This document shows, one piece after another, positions 1 to 9,977 of a stretch of 34,110 nucleotides of DNA (position 1 is the first letter of the stretch; the number at the start of each line of letters is the position of its first letter). The DNA lies in the IMG/VR virus record IMGVR_UViG_3300032117_000096; one strand, given 5' to 3'. This stretch comes from a virus. A program made the translations under genes and the position numbers. Below the pieces are notes generated by a model. That model ran no database searches. It was given only the letters and a program-made list of their open reading frames with translations, and was not told the DNA's origin.

Positions 1-127
1 CCAGCCGCTGATACTCCTTGAATATCGCTTGTCGCAGCATGCGTATGCGAACCGGCATTGCTGGTATTTGTCGTATTTGTGTTCAATCCCTGCACGGCAA
101 CACCTGCTCCGGCATTACCCTGAACCT
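1..127. repeat. Terminal direct repeat, copy 1 of 2 (identical to 33984..34110). Most simply a circular-assembly overlap.
   Basis: Read by eye. The string ccagccgctgatactccttgaatatcgcttgtcgcagcatgcg...ggcattaccctgaacct occurs at both window ends, 127/127 identical. A CDS reads in frame across the join. Confidence 0.95.
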
Positions 128-689
128 GTCCGCCTGATGTAACGTAGTTGTAAGTATGGTAATGATCTCCTGCGGCTGTGTTGGTTATGCCGTGCTGGTG
201 GCTTACAAGCACGGCATCCGTACTTCCTCCAGTTGCGCCAACAGACCCAAAATATGAACTTCCAGAACTATAACTCGCGATGAGCCTTCCAGTCCCATAG
301 GCTGACCAAGTACCAAACCCAAGAAGCGTCGCGGGATTTGTTCCCACCGAAGCGTTAAAATAAAGGCTTCCAACAGGATAAATTGTAGGCAAAATAGCTA
401 AAGCAAGTCCTGAAAGACTTGCTTTCCCTGATAAAATATTAAGTTCTGCCGCTGAGGATGTTATGGTTGTTCCTCCAACACTCCATCCACCTGAACCAAG
501 GTTTACGGTTCCGCTTGCAGCGTTCAAGGTTTTTCCGGTTCCAACATTCAGACTTACACTTGTTCCGGTCTGGCTGAAAACTGCATCAATGGTTGAAAAC
601 GCAGAATTAAGCTTTGTTCCCCAGGTGTCTTGACTGGATCCAACTTGCGGTTGGATAATTGAAATATTCGGGGTATAGGTATCACCCAT
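1..689 (-). CDS. Tail fibre protein with C-terminal collar-like HxH domain. This is the N-terminal part; the CDS crosses the circular junction and stops at 33932 (246 aa in total).
   Basis: Manual translation from the ATG at 689-687 gives MGDTYTPNISIIQPQVGSSQDTWGTKLNSAFSTIDAVF... It contains YPVGSLYFNASVGTNPATLLGFGTWSAYGTGR and three HxH motifs (SHQHGI, DHYHTY, SHTHAA). It continues in frame over 1/33983 to ...ANLPPFITVYIWQRTA and a TAA. These motifs are typical of phage tail-collar/short-fibre C-terminal domains. Confidence 0.8.
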   Translation of the reverse strand, partial: MGDTYTPNISIIQPQVGSSQDTWGTKLNSAFSTIDAVFSQTGTSVSLNVGTGKTLNAASGTVNLGSGGWSVGGTTITSSAAELNILSGKASLSGLALAILPTIYPVGSLYFNASVGTNPATLLGFGTWSAYGTGRLIASYSSGSSYFGSVGATGGSTDAVLVSHQHGITNTAAGDHYHTYNYVTSGGQVQGNAGAGVAVQGLNTNTTNTSNAGSHTHAATSDIQGVSAA

Positions 690-692
690 CTA

Positions 693-1343
693 TCATACTC
701 CTGAATAAAAGTTAGCTGCCGTATTGATTCCGCGCCGAGATATCGGATAATCTGTTCTTAGTATTGCCATTTGGTCATGTTGGCCTTCGTGAGTCTGCAC
801 CAAAATCATTGCCTCATCAAAAAGCCCTTGAAATGTCTGTAATCTATCCTCACCAGGCAAAAAAACCGCTGCCTGTGCAAGCGCTCCATAGAGGTAAACT
901 TGCGGGTAATTATCAAGTATCCAGTTGGACTGATTTGAAACAGAAAGGCTGTTTTGCGACCTATACCTGAAAAGAAGTTGATAAACGCCGCTAGCGTTGC
1001 AGTCAAAGGCGATTTTACCGTTATCAACACCCCAGAATGAAGGATATGTTGATACATTTGAGTATCCGAGCTGTTCTACCGGACGATAGAGAATTTCACG
1101 TCTTGGAGACCACAAGGTATACCATAATCCAATTGGTAGGTCATAATCCCAAGGGAGCGAAACATACCTGGATCCTGTAACTGTTGATAATGTCGCCTCG
1201 TTCTCATCGCTTTTTAATGCAAAAAGAATTGTCATCTTTCCTTCGGCAAGAGATATGAAGTCTACTATCTGGCTTGTCAGGTCTGAGCGATTAAGCCAAT
1301 CAGCAATTGCGCTCTGCAGGTTGGTGTAAGTGTCAAGAGCCAT
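693..1343 (-). CDS. Putative head-to-tail adaptor / virion structural protein (T7 gp11-equivalent position)
   Basis: 216-aa ORF downstream of the coat gene. It is TAATG-coupled to the upstream micro-ORF and ends 3 nt before the fibre gene. The N-terminus MALDTYTNLQSAIADWLNRSDL resembles podovirus adaptor proteins from memory. The function rests on position only. Confidence 0.45.
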   Translation of the reverse strand: MALDTYTNLQSAIADWLNRSDLTSQIVDFISLAEGKMTILFALKSDENEATLSTVTGSRYVSLPWDYDLPIGLWYTLWSPRREILYRPVEQLGYSNVSTYPSFWGVDNGKIAFDCNASGVYQLLFRYRSQNSLSVSNQSNWILDNYPQVYLYGALAQAAVFLPGEDRLQTFQGLFDEAMILVQTHEGQHDQMAILRTDYPISRRGINTAANFYSGV

Positions 1344-1516
1344 TATCCATTATCCTTTAATACCTTTCCTCTCCTGTTTGACGGTATTTTTGGGTTTATG
1401 TCCTCTTCAGGCTGACCAGATATTTCCAGTTCCTCTTCTTGGTTATTCACAATAACGTATTCTCCATCCGGCCCATTTGGCCAGATCATCTTTGGGTATT
1501 CCTGAAATTCCGGCAT
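1343..1516 (-). CDS. Small phage protein (57 aa) with YPKMIW-type motif
   Basis: Below the ORF-track cutoff; found by hand. The sequence is MPEFQEYPKMIWPNGPDGEYVIVNNQEEELEISGQPEEDINPKIPSNRRGKVLKDNG. Its stop overlaps the next ATG (TAATG). The motif Y/F-P-K-M-x-W/Y...G...V...EE recurs in small phage proteins. Confidence 0.5.
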   Translation of the reverse strand: MPEFQEYPKMIWPNGPDGEYVIVNNQEEELEISGQPEEDINPKIPSNRRGKVLKDNG

Positions 1517-1535
1517 CTCTTTTTGTTTACAGGTT

Positions 1536-1571
1536 TAAAATACCCCACCGGCTTAACAGACAAACCGGTGG
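1536..1571 (-). terminator. Intrinsic terminator-like hairpin after the major capsid gene
   Basis: On the minus strand the sequence reads CCACCGG-13 nt loop-CCGGTGG (1571-1565 pairs with 1551-1545), followed by GGTATTTTAAA. It lies 20 nt after the coat stop codon. Confidence 0.5.
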
Positions 1572-1590
1572 AGTTCAACGAAACAACTAC

Positions 1591-2808
1591 CTATTCAGTC
1601 ACCCTGCACGCATGCATCGGACGAACACCGGCAAACCCAAAGAGCACATCAACCCTTGTATTTTCAAGGTCATTCTTACCGTCTCCGAAGGTCATGACAC
1701 GGACGGCAAACCCGTCATCGTTATAGGTGTAACCTTCGCATGATGCAAGTACGGGAAGCGGAATAAACGCAGCTGTGAACGCATCCTTCTGGTAAGTAAG
1801 GTTCTGCCGATATGCTGTAGAAGCTGAACCGACAAAGGTCAGGGCTGCACTGTTTGCAGGTGATGCACTTACCGTTGCTCCTGGATTTGTAGAGCCACCG
1901 ACTACAATTGATGGATAGATTGGTAGTGTAACCGTTGTTGTTGATGCTGTGGTGTTCGCTGTTACAACAAACTGCCTGAGCCAAGGCAATGTTGTCTGTG
2001 TCAGTGGGTGCACTGCATAAACACCAGCAATGTTAAATACTTGTCCGGCATTCCACGTGTTCCCACTAGAAACACCTCCTACCACCAAGTTTGAACCGGT
2101 CTGAGATGCTCCTGATACCGTCACTCCCGATACCGTAGACCCGTTCGTGATGCTTGGTAATGCCGCAGTTTCAAAGAAATCCAAACCCTGCAACCTTCCG
2201 AGGGAGCCCTCAAGATACTGCTCTCCAATGTCCTTCGTTGGCGTGAACAGAGTTTTTGTTGTGTCTGTCAACTCGTTATTGGAGTCGTGCGATATCAGAG
2301 CGTACCTGTCACTTGAAGGAGCAAGAACATCTCCAAGGCGTGACCTAGCATACCCCCACGTCTTGAACGCCGTAGGAAGAGATCCTGCTGTGCCAACAAG
2401 GTTTGGAACCAACGGAATTGCCTGACTGAGCAAGTTTGCGTGTACTGATGCTCCAAGCGTATTGATAGCTGGTTTTATGAACCTATCACGATAATCTTCA
2501 ATCTTCAGCACCTTCTCAATCGAAGTAAACGTAAGAGGAACATGAAGCTGGGTGTTGATTGTCAGGGTGACAGGAAGCTCTGTCTGTGCCGGAGCGCTTC
2601 CGCCTCCTGCGAATATGGATCCAGAATACACGACATTGTCTGCGGGAACTCTGATCGTTACAGACGTTCCTTTCTTAATAGAGTTTATCGGAGTAAGAAA
2701 GTCAGATTCCCGAGCCCTGTTAATGTTTGTCAGGAATGGAACGGATTCCTTAAGCATGACAGCCGCTTCGCGGGCGATCATCTGATGGGTAAGAATGGTA
2801 TTGGCCAT
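1591..2808 (-). CDS. Major capsid protein, P22 coat-protein family
   Basis: 405 aa. The N-terminus MANTILTHQMIAREAAVMLKESVPFLTNINRARESDF...GTSVTIRVP matches the P22 gp5-like coat signature. It lies after the scaffold gene and is followed by a terminator hairpin. Confidence 0.85.
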   Translation of the reverse strand: MANTILTHQMIAREAAVMLKESVPFLTNINRARESDFLTPINSIKKGTSVTIRVPADNVVYSGSIFAGGGSAPAQTELPVTLTINTQLHVPLTFTSIEKVLKIEDYRDRFIKPAINTLGASVHANLLSQAIPLVPNLVGTAGSLPTAFKTWGYARSRLGDVLAPSSDRYALISHDSNNELTDTTKTLFTPTKDIGEQYLEGSLGRLQGLDFFETAALPSITNGSTVSGVTVSGASQTGSNLVVGGVSSGNTWNAGQVFNIAGVYAVHPLTQTTLPWLRQFVVTANTTASTTTVTLPIYPSIVVGGSTNPGATVSASPANSAALTFVGSASTAYRQNLTYQKDAFTAAFIPLPVLASCEGYTYNDDGFAVRVMTFGDGKNDLENTRVDVLFGFAGVRPMHACRVTE

Positions 2809-2814
2809 GATAAA

Positions 2815-3687
2815 TTATTTCTTTTGTCGTTGCTTTTGTCGATAGGCAGTCCACTCCGCATCTGTCATGCGATCTTCGCTTTTTGCTGTTGCCGGAGCTC
2901 TTCCGGAAACGCTGGTAGACGGCTTTACATCTATTGCGGTGGGCTGCTTACTTTGTTTTGCTTTTTGAATAACCTGCTCCCCTAAATAGGCCATATTGAG
3001 CAATTTGATGGATCGTACGTCACTCACTTGCCCTAACTCGTTAGGGGTGAATCCGAACTTTTCCTGGGCAAATTTCGTCAACTCTTCTGCCTTTTTTGGG
3101 GACCAGTCAGGGATTTCTTTTTGAAGCTTTAGTCGCCCTTCTTCGATCTGCTTAGCAGTATTCTGCTGCATTTCGATGGCCTGCTGCTGCTCTTTCTGAC
3201 TCATAGTTTGTCCTAATGCAGTTCGCTGATCTTTGATCTGCTGATACTGCATCCATGCCCGCTGCGTTGCTGCCGGATCCTGAGAAGATGCCGCCTGCCA
3301 GTCAATCTTTTCAAATACTCCAAGTTTGTCATCAAGACTTTGGATTTTTGCGTAATCAGATATATTGGCCTTCTGAAACTCAACCTGCTGCTGCAACTGC
3401 TTCTGCGCATCTTCGATTTGGCGGCGCTGCTCTGCGACCTGTTGAGTTTTCTGCGTATAGTCAGCATTCTTCATTAACGCTCCTTTGAGAGCCTTCGGAA
3501 CGCTATATTTCTTCCCGTCTTCCCATTCGACCTCTTCGATCTCTTCTGCTGGTTCAATTGGGTTTCCGGATTCGTCGAGTTCAGGAGCTTCTCCTGTTCC
3601 CTCTATTTCATGGTTATCGCTGTTGACTTCTACAGCATCCGTTACCGTTGTGTCTGCTGCTTGATTGGTCAATAATTCATCGGGCAT
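2815..3687 (-). CDS. Scaffolding protein
   Basis: 290 aa. It has an acidic N-terminus and a Q/E/K-rich, coiled-coil-like middle, and sits between the portal and coat genes. A strong SD is present (AAGGAGtgtaaacATG). Confidence 0.7.
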   Translation of the reverse strand: MPDELLTNQAADTTVTDAVEVNSDNHEIEGTGEAPELDESGNPIEPAEEIEEVEWEDGKKYSVPKALKGALMKNADYTQKTQQVAEQRRQIEDAQKQLQQQVEFQKANISDYAKIQSLDDKLGVFEKIDWQAASSQDPAATQRAWMQYQQIKDQRTALGQTMSQKEQQQAIEMQQNTAKQIEEGRLKLQKEIPDWSPKKAEELTKFAQEKFGFTPNELGQVSDVRSIKLLNMAYLGEQVIQKAKQSKQPTAIDVKPSTSVSGRAPATAKSEDRMTDAEWTAYRQKQRQKK

Positions 3688-3711
3688 GTTTACACTCCTT
3701 AATGGTTGGTG

Positions 3712-5850
3712 TTAATTGTTTGGTGATTGTGGTATTCGTGACGGGTTAATCATACCGTCATTTGATCTATTCGGAATAGGTATTGGATTTTGTAGATGCT
3801 GCGCGACAAGAGCAGCAAGTTCCGGACGAAGCCCTTGTGGCCGCAATCCGCTTAAAGCTATCCCGTTTTGATTCTGAGCGGGAATGGTTTGTGCAATCGG
3901 CTGAGTCATTCCTGGGCCTGCACCAGGCATAATATTACCTGCTGTTAAAAGTTGTTGCAATGTCTGCATGACGAGCGCCTGTACATCCTCAGGCCCCATG
4001 CCAACTTGAACGACCTTTAATCTGTCAGTCTCTGCGTTGTATGCGTCAATCTTTAACTTTTCAACGTCGATCGATGCATCCATTTGTGCTGTTTGCGCTT
4101 TTTGTGTCAATTGCGCTACCTGCTGCTGCAACTGCTGTATTGTTTGTTGAGCTTGCTGCATTTGAGGGTCTTGCCCTTGCAACTGCTTAAGGGACTCAAG
4201 CACCTCATCAGATCCAGGCCAATCAAGATTTTTAACCAGCGGAATAGCTAAAGCCGGAGCAGCGGACGGGATTGCCCGCACAAGATCTATCATCTGGTTA
4301 GCAGCCTCTTCTCTGCGCGTTGTGTATGATGGTCCTGTTTCGACTGTCAAATCATATTTTCCGGCTGACAAGTCAAAAACCTTTACATCACCGCTGGGAA
4401 GCGTAACCGGCCTGCCGAGCTGGACCGTTGACGGGTCTTTTCCGGATGGCCCTAGAATTCGAACCATTCGTTCGCCAGAGTATACTTTTGGTATCAGGTC
4501 AATCAGTATGCGGCCTGTATGACGTATGGCGCGGCTGACATTGTCGATATAATTAAACGTCGCAGTGTCTCCTTCGCGCTGCCTTCCAGTGATAGCAACT
4601 CCGGATGTTTCGTTTCCAGGCGCGCCCATCGAAGCGTCGAAGAGTCCTGTCACTGCCTGAATATCGGCAGCGCTTTGCATCGCCTCTTGAATCAACCCTG
4701 CAGGAGGGCCTGCGTATGGCTGTCTTTCTGGTGGCACTTGACCGTCATACTGGATGTATGGGAATGCGTTTACGTTAGCAAGCTGCCACTTTTGCTTGTC
4801 ACTGTTAAAAGCTCCAACAGGCCCGATGAACGGAGTTTTAGGGGATTGAAGAAGAACCTCGACCGTAGTTGACCTTGCGACATTGTATGACCTGCAAGGG
4901 TCTTTCATGTCTCTAACTATCCCTTTCCAGTACCGTTTTCCTTCAATATTTGCTTCCTGACCATAAACCGGACAAATGGGGATTATTGATCCAGCCCAGA
5001 CGTTTGTCTCCAGTATTTCTGCGCCGGTTATAATGCGCTGCGTTACTTTATGAGACTTTACTTTGCGATCTCTCGTTACAGTTAACCCTATAGCAGAAAT
5101 TATCTCTTTGTTGGATAGATACGTCTCCTCATCAAGTATTGTTCCGTCACTAAGCTGTACAATGCCTTTGTAATCTTCATCACGAGTCCACCACTCCGCG
5201 ATCAACAAATCATCTTTTGCAACCCACGAGTCATTGTTTGCGTCATATCCGGTAGAGCTCCAGTCAACCTGTTCAGCTTTTTTCCACTGTTTTTGAAAAG
5301 CCTCTTTTGTTATCCGCTCCACTACAAAAGCCACATTCCAATCGCTCCCGTCTGCCTCCTGTGAATGCGGATCTCCAAAAACTGAGAATGGGTTGTAGAT
5401 CGGTTTTATGCGCAGATCAGTGTCGAAAGTGTCGTCATCTGAATCGACAATATCAACCATCCAATATCCAAACCCACCCGTTACACTGCAGTCCACTGCA
5501 TTGTCGTATGCTATGTCAGCATTAGACGAGTACTGTATATTTTGTATCAACCCATTGTAGATATTGGCCGTAAGCGGGTCAGCTGCATCATCAGAGGGAT
5601 GTACTTTGATGCTTGGCTTATTTTGCCGTGCCTCATTGACGATCTGATTAATGATCGCTGTCGTCTTGTTGATCGTAAGACAAGGTCTACCGTCAAGCTC
5701 GCGTTGCCTTCTTGCAGATTCCGGCCACTGCTCAGCGAGTTTCGAAAACCGCATGTCATCAAGAGCCTCTGCGCGGTTATCGTGCTCGACATCTTCGCAA
5801 AGCTGAAATATTTTTTTTGCGTCCTCGATGAGCTGCGAGTCAGTAGCCAT
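3712..5850 (-). CDS. Portal protein (P22-like portal family)
   Basis: The sequence MATDSQLIEDAKKIFQLCEDVEHDNRAEALDDMRFSKLAEQWPESARRQRELDGRPCLTINK is a typical portal N-terminus, and the C-terminus is a Q-rich barrel. The ORF is open up to 5964, but that extension overlaps terL by 38 nt, so the ATG at 5850 is preferred. Confidence 0.85.
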   Translation of the reverse strand: MATDSQLIEDAKKIFQLCEDVEHDNRAEALDDMRFSKLAEQWPESARRQRELDGRPCLTINKTTAIINQIVNEARQNKPSIKVHPSDDAADPLTANIYNGLIQNIQYSSNADIAYDNAVDCSVTGGFGYWMVDIVDSDDDTFDTDLRIKPIYNPFSVFGDPHSQEADGSDWNVAFVVERITKEAFQKQWKKAEQVDWSSTGYDANNDSWVAKDDLLIAEWWTRDEDYKGIVQLSDGTILDEETYLSNKEIISAIGLTVTRDRKVKSHKVTQRIITGAEILETNVWAGSIIPICPVYGQEANIEGKRYWKGIVRDMKDPCRSYNVARSTTVEVLLQSPKTPFIGPVGAFNSDKQKWQLANVNAFPYIQYDGQVPPERQPYAGPPAGLIQEAMQSAADIQAVTGLFDASMGAPGNETSGVAITGRQREGDTATFNYIDNVSRAIRHTGRILIDLIPKVYSGERMVRILGPSGKDPSTVQLGRPVTLPSGDVKVFDLSAGKYDLTVETGPSYTTRREEAANQMIDLVRAIPSAAPALAIPLVKNLDWPGSDEVLESLKQLQGQDPQMQQAQQTIQQLQQQVAQLTQKAQTAQMDASIDVEKLKIDAYNAETDRLKVVQVGMGPEDVQALVMQTLQQLLTAGNIMPGAGPGMTQPIAQTIPAQNQNGIALSGLRPQGLRPELAALVAQHLQNPIPIPNRSNDGMINPSRIPQSPNN

Positions 5851-5926
5851 ATATCCATAAGTTGATTTAAACGAAAAATCAACACGTAAGTGAACTATTC
5901 CGCGCGATAAAATATTTTTTTGAAAA

Positions 5927-7351
5927 TCATCCCATCCACCCCACAAAAGCAGGCGAATAATCATCTTGTGGTATTCCGGTTGACGCTATCCTTAGTCCGG
6001 ACATGATGGCGTACCGTGTGGCATCCATAAGATGATCGTTATCCTTGACAATGCGCCCCTTGTCGTCACGACGGTACATCCGATACTCTTGCCGCCATTG
6101 CTGGCATGAGCGGAAAACCTTGAGTCTACCAGAACTCAGTCGCTGCCAAACCTCATACAGGCCAGACTCCACTGCATTGTCTGCAGGAGTCAAAGACAAT
6201 CCCAGGCTCCGGTAACTGTCAATCAGGCTGCTCCCGTCGTGCTGTGATCTGCCTCTTGCGGCAGGGTCGATAACTCCCTGCGTTACTTTGCGCGATCTTA
6301 TCCCATCCGCATGTATTGCTGGCTCCGCTTGCCCCCTATAGTACTCAGACCAGATATACGCGATATCGGCTTGCTTATCGACCGCCAGGAAAACAGCCGC
6401 AGTACGATTCCATCCGACATCAAGACCGTAGACTTTTGGCCAGTCCTCCGGTATTGCGAAATCATCGACAAAGACATCCGTTTCCGGCACTGGATATATC
6501 GCTCCGCTACCAATGTGCGGGATACCTTTTGTGCGGGCCTCCACGAGATGAGGTTCACACTGTGTCAGCATGCGCTTTTTTTCCGCCTCAGTCAGATGGG
6601 GCGCATCATCCCATCCCGCCATGACGAGCCCTTGATCTCCTCTAATAACGACTCTCTCGTCACGGTACCCATCCGGCATGTACTGCATGACGATTGGTGT
6701 TAAGCCTTTAAGCGGGGTAAAGGTCTCTATAAGATGCCCTCCGGTTGTCATGAGCCGGATAATGCACTCCGATCTTATACCCTCTGTCGCTTCCTCGTCT
6801 AACCAGATGAGGTCTTTTTCCGTCCCCTGAAAACTCTCTCTGCCCTGTTCGTAGCTTTTAAACCCAATCTCTGACCATCCCCCTGAAACATGCTTGATAC
6901 GTGCTGTGTCAATCGCCCCCGTGCCGTTTTGTCGATATCTAATCGTTCCGATGGTGTCACCAGGTATCAATCCTTCGCCGATACTGCCAGCCGATCCCAT
7001 GAGTTTGCGCTGTATGATCTCACGCACAGCTTCCATAGTCTCTCCGGCCACCCACACGCGGACTTGAGACTGATATCTCTTACCCTCCCACCATGTCGGA
7101 TATCTACCGGTGAGATGCACGGACACTTCATACGCCCCTGCACCTTCAGTCTTGCCGACACGATTAGCAGCCATAAAGCACCGTATCGAGCACTGAGAGC
7201 CGAGCCTAAAAAATGCTAGTTGTTGCTGATAGAGATCGCGCCTCAGGGTACCGGTATCGGGATAGTATGCGGATATGCGGTTACGTCTCTTACGTCGCTC
7301 TATCTCCGTGGTAACTTTGATCAAAGTCTCTTTTGCTTCGCGCTCCGTCAT
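5927..7351 (-). CDS. terL: Terminase large subunit
   Basis: 474 aa. Walker A-like AANRVGKTEG, Walker B LIWLDEE, and a C-terminal RNaseH-like nuclease region (GLDVGWNRTA...DHLMDATRY). It has an ATGA-type overlap with terS. Confidence 0.9.
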   Translation of the reverse strand: MTEREAKETLIKVTTEIERRKRRNRISAYYPDTGTLRRDLYQQQLAFFRLGSQCSIRCFMAANRVGKTEGAGAYEVSVHLTGRYPTWWEGKRYQSQVRVWVAGETMEAVREIIQRKLMGSAGSIGEGLIPGDTIGTIRYRQNGTGAIDTARIKHVSGGWSEIGFKSYEQGRESFQGTEKDLIWLDEEATEGIRSECIIRLMTTGGHLIETFTPLKGLTPIVMQYMPDGYRDERVVIRGDQGLVMAGWDDAPHLTEAEKKRMLTQCEPHLVEARTKGIPHIGSGAIYPVPETDVFVDDFAIPEDWPKVYGLDVGWNRTAAVFLAVDKQADIAYIWSEYYRGQAEPAIHADGIRSRKVTQGVIDPAARGRSQHDGSSLIDSYRSLGLSLTPADNAVESGLYEVWQRLSSGRLKVFRSCQQWRQEYRMYRRDDKGRIVKDNDHLMDATRYAIMSGLRIASTGIPQDDYSPAFVGWMG

Positions 7352-7851
7352 ATCTTGCCGCCAGCTTTAAGAGCTATGATAGCGTGATCGAGCATCTTAT
7401 CGAGCTCATCATCACTCTTTGTCGATAGCGTTACATCAGCGCTTATCTGCTGCTTGTCAGTCCACATCGCTAGATGCTTGCCGAGTAGCTCTGCGCCTTT
7501 TAGCACTGCGGCGGAGTCATACTTATATTCCCCCGTCACGTTGCCGTCTTTGTCTTTGACCGGCTCAGACTGCTTGCAGCGCTCAATTGTGTCTTGTATC
7601 GTAGTTAGTACGTATTCGGCTGTTATTTGCGTCGATTTTGCACGCTCTTGCTTGAGGGACTGAATCCTTGCAGTGACTATATTTTTTCTTAGCAGCTGCC
7701 ACCCTATGATCGCATGGCTTTTTTCCGAGTATCCAGCCCGCAAACTTGCTTGAGATGCGTTCAGATCGACAAGGTATTCCCTGCAAAACATTTCCTGCTT
7801 TGCAGTTAGCTTATTTCCTTGCGATGGTTTTTTTGCGCCTGGTTTGATCAT
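7348..7851 (-). CDS. terS: Terminase small subunit (Terminase_2-like)
   Basis: The sequence KLTAKQEMFCREYLVDLNASQASLRAGYSEKSHAIIGWQLLRKNIV is the classic small-terminase HTH signature. It is the first gene of the late block. Confidence 0.8.
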   Translation of the reverse strand: MIKPGAKKPSQGNKLTAKQEMFCREYLVDLNASQASLRAGYSEKSHAIIGWQLLRKNIVTARIQSLKQERAKSTQITAEYVLTTIQDTIERCKQSEPVKDKDGNVTGEYKYDSAAVLKGAELLGKHLAMWTDKQQISADVTLSTKSDDELDKMLDHAIIALKAGGKI

Positions 7852-7981
7852 GCTCTATCTTAAGCAGCGCTCGACACAATCCAAGCGACAATAATCTTTT
7901 CTCCTCTCAAAAAATATTACGCTACTTTTCCTAAAAATCTTTTATTTCTGAACATTATTTTGCATTATTTTATGTCTCAGC

Positions 7982-8011
7982 TTGCATCGTAAGAAAATAA
8001 TGTGCATATTT
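7982..8011 (+). promoter_or_regulatory. Candidate sigma70-type promoter for the plus-strand cassette
   Basis: TTGCAT (7982-7987), 17-nt spacer, CATATT (8005-8010), or TGcATATTT as an extended -10. GGAG lies at 8040-8043 and the ATG at 8051. Confidence 0.3.
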
Positions 8012-8050
8012 AATGAGTGGGTATGACAAACAACAAAACGGAGATTTAAA

Positions 8051-8425
8051 ATGACACAGACAAAACTTTACACTATACAGGATTCAGAAGAATATCCTGT
8101 ACCAACTCCAGAAGGGGATGAGTTGGTAGAAAAGCTAAATGGTCTTGACTTTAATGATTTTTTTGCGGGCAACGTTAAGCGTGAAAACGGGAAAATCATG
8201 TTTGACGGCATGCCTTTTGATTCCGTGAAGCAACTGCTTCAGTTTTGCAAAGAAAAAGGAGCTGTAATAAAAACTGTCGAGCGCGATAATCCTAAAGATT
8301 GGAGCGATGAGTTGAATATGCTTGAATATCAGGTGCGCGTAGGGGCTTCTAATTTGCCTTGGGTAGCAAAAAAACTCACAGAACAACGTGAAGAATTCTG
8401 GAAAGACCCTTCTGCACATAAATGA
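8051..8425 (+). CDS. Hypothetical protein, first gene of the IbrA/IbrB-like cassette
   Basis: 124-aa ORF with an SD (GGAG, 8 nt upstream) and an ATGA overlap with the next ORF. No family recognised. Confidence 0.6.
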   Translation: MTQTKLYTIQDSEEYPVPTPEGDELVEKLNGLDFNDFFAGNVKRENGKIMFDGMPFDSVKQLLQFCKEKGAVIKTVERDNPKDWSDELNMLEYQVRVGASNLPWVAKKLTEQREEFWKDPSAHK

Positions 8426-8799
8426 AAGCCTGCATTAAAATAGAGGCTATCGGAGAAAACATATTCCAAAGCATCGATAGGTATCGTTGCTTTGGAACAA
8501 TGGCAGATATTTTTTCAGTACCGAAATCATACTGGGTAGCAAAGATCACGGGATACTGTTCTGAGTTTGACGGATTTAAACGTGAGTTTGTTCATGGGAA
8601 TCGGGATTACGCAAAAGCTAACGGCAACGGAAGCCGCGGAATTTATGTCACTTACTTTCTTAATCCAGGACTCTATGAGGTAAAGCAAAAAACGTCATGG
8701 AAAAATACTGAAAGATACTTCTGTATGGTCACAGAAGAAGGAGAAATCATAAAGATGGACAAACCGGACATTGAGAAATGCCTACTAAAAAAGTGTTAG
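8422..8799 (+). CDS. Hypothetical protein, second gene of the cassette
   Basis: 125-aa ORF coupled on both sides. No family recognised. Confidence 0.6.
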   Translation: MKACIKIEAIGENIFQSIDRYRCFGTMADIFSVPKSYWVAKITGYCSEFDGFKREFVHGNRDYAKANGNGSRGIYVTYFLNPGLYEVKQKTSWKNTERYFCMVTEEGEIIKMDKPDIEKCLLKKC

Positions 8800-9977
8800 G
8801 GAAGAATGTTTTTGTTGCCGCAATAGACAGGGTAAATTACATCTTCGACAACTTCCCAAAGATTTATGTGAGCTTTTCTGGCGGTAAGGACAGCTCAGTA
8901 ATGACGCATATTGTTGCAAGTGAGGCGCGTAGGCGTGGGGTTAAAATCGGGCTATTATGCGTAGACCTTGAGGCGCAATACAGACTTACGATGGATCATG
9001 TAGCGGAGATGTACGAAATGTATGCGGATGTCATTGAGCCTTACTGGGTTGCATTGCCGTTAAATCTCCGCAATGCTGTATCTCAGTATATGCCGCAATG
9101 GAAGTGTTGGGATGTCGAAAAGGCAGATTCATGGGTACGGAATCCGCCAAAAATAGCAATTACTGAAACACACAAATTCCCGTTTTTCCATGACGGGATG
9201 GAGTTTGAGGAGTTCGTTCCAGCTTTTGGAAAATGGTACTCCGAAGGGAAGCCATGCGCCTGCTTTGTCGGTATACGGTCAGATGAAAGTCTTAATAGGT
9301 GGCGCACAATATCGGGCGGAAGAAAGCAGATGTCTGATGGTCATAAATGGACGACGTGGATCGGCGACAGCGTATTCAATGCTTACCCGATTTATGACTG
9401 GAAAACTGAGGATTTGTGGACGTTCTCAGGTAAAACGGGATTGCCATACAATAAACTTTACGACCGCATGTATCAAGCAGGGCTAACCCTACACCAGATG
9501 AGAATCTGCCAGCCCTACGGAGACGACCAAAGGAAAGGGCTATGGCTGTTTCATATCATCGAGCCAGAGACATGGGGTAAGGTTATTGCAAGGGTAAATG
9601 GGGCAAATCAGGGGGCTTTGTATGCCCAAGAGAGCGGAAATGTCCTTGGTAATCGGATTATCAATAAGCCCGACAATCACACGTGGAAAAGCTTTGCATT
9701 CATGCTTCTGGACTCTATGCCAGACAAGACAGGAGACCATTATAAAGACAAGATAGCTGTGTTCCTGAAATGGTATTCAGATCGTGGATATGAAAGGGGT
9801 ATCCCAGATGACGGCCCCATGGATAAATCAGCTCCATGCTGGAAAAGGGTATGCAAGGCTTTATTGCGGAATGATTATTGGTGCAAAGGATTAAGTTTTG
9901 GGCAGCACAAAAGCGAAGCTTACGAGAAGTATAAAAAGTTAATGAGAAAAAGGAGGTCGGAATGGGGGATAATATAG
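8778..9977 (+). CDS. ibrA: PP-loop ATP pyrophosphatase of the PAPS-reductase family with a long C-terminal extension (IbrA-like)
   Basis: PP-loop SFSGGKDSS (nt 8871-8897) and FVGIRSDESLNRW, with about 200 aa of extra C-terminal domain. Immediately followed by a ParB-domain gene, which is the IbrA/IbrB architecture. Confidence 0.8.
   Translation: MPTKKVLGKNVFVAAIDRVNYIFDNFPKIYVSFSGGKDSSVMTHIVASEARRRGVKIGLLCVDLEAQYRLTMDHVAEMYEMYADVIEPYWVALPLNLRNAVSQYMPQWKCWDVEKADSWVRNPPKIAITETHKFPFFHDGMEFEEFVPAFGKWYSEGKPCACFVGIRSDESLNRWRTISGGRKQMSDGHKWTTWIGDSVFNAYPIYDWKTEDLWTFSGKTGLPYNKLYDRMYQAGLTLHQMRICQPYGDDQRKGLWLFHIIEPETWGKVIARVNGANQGALYAQESGNVLGNRIINKPDNHTWKSFAFMLLDSMPDKTGDHYKDKIAVFLKWYSDRGYERGIPDDGPMDKSAPCWKRVCKALLRNDYWCKGLSFGQHKSEAYEKYKKLMRKRRSEWGII

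Noticed and set aside
3712-7351. Nested and antisense ORFs of 60-130 aa inside the portal and terminase genes (for example 4519-4872, 5542-5865, 5547-5885, 6311-6703, 6890-7219)
   Set aside because: They are embedded in long genes with clear family signatures, lack SDs, and have Cys/Arg/Leu-rich compositions typical of off-frame translation.
7852-7981. Strong orphan SD-like sequence GAGAGGAGAAAAG on the minus strand (plus-strand coordinates about 7897-7909) upstream of terS
   Set aside because: No ATG, GTG or TTG lies at a suitable distance. Only an ATT-initiated 11-codon frame follows. I also found no convincing sigma70 late promoter here, so late transcription may need an activator that I cannot identify.
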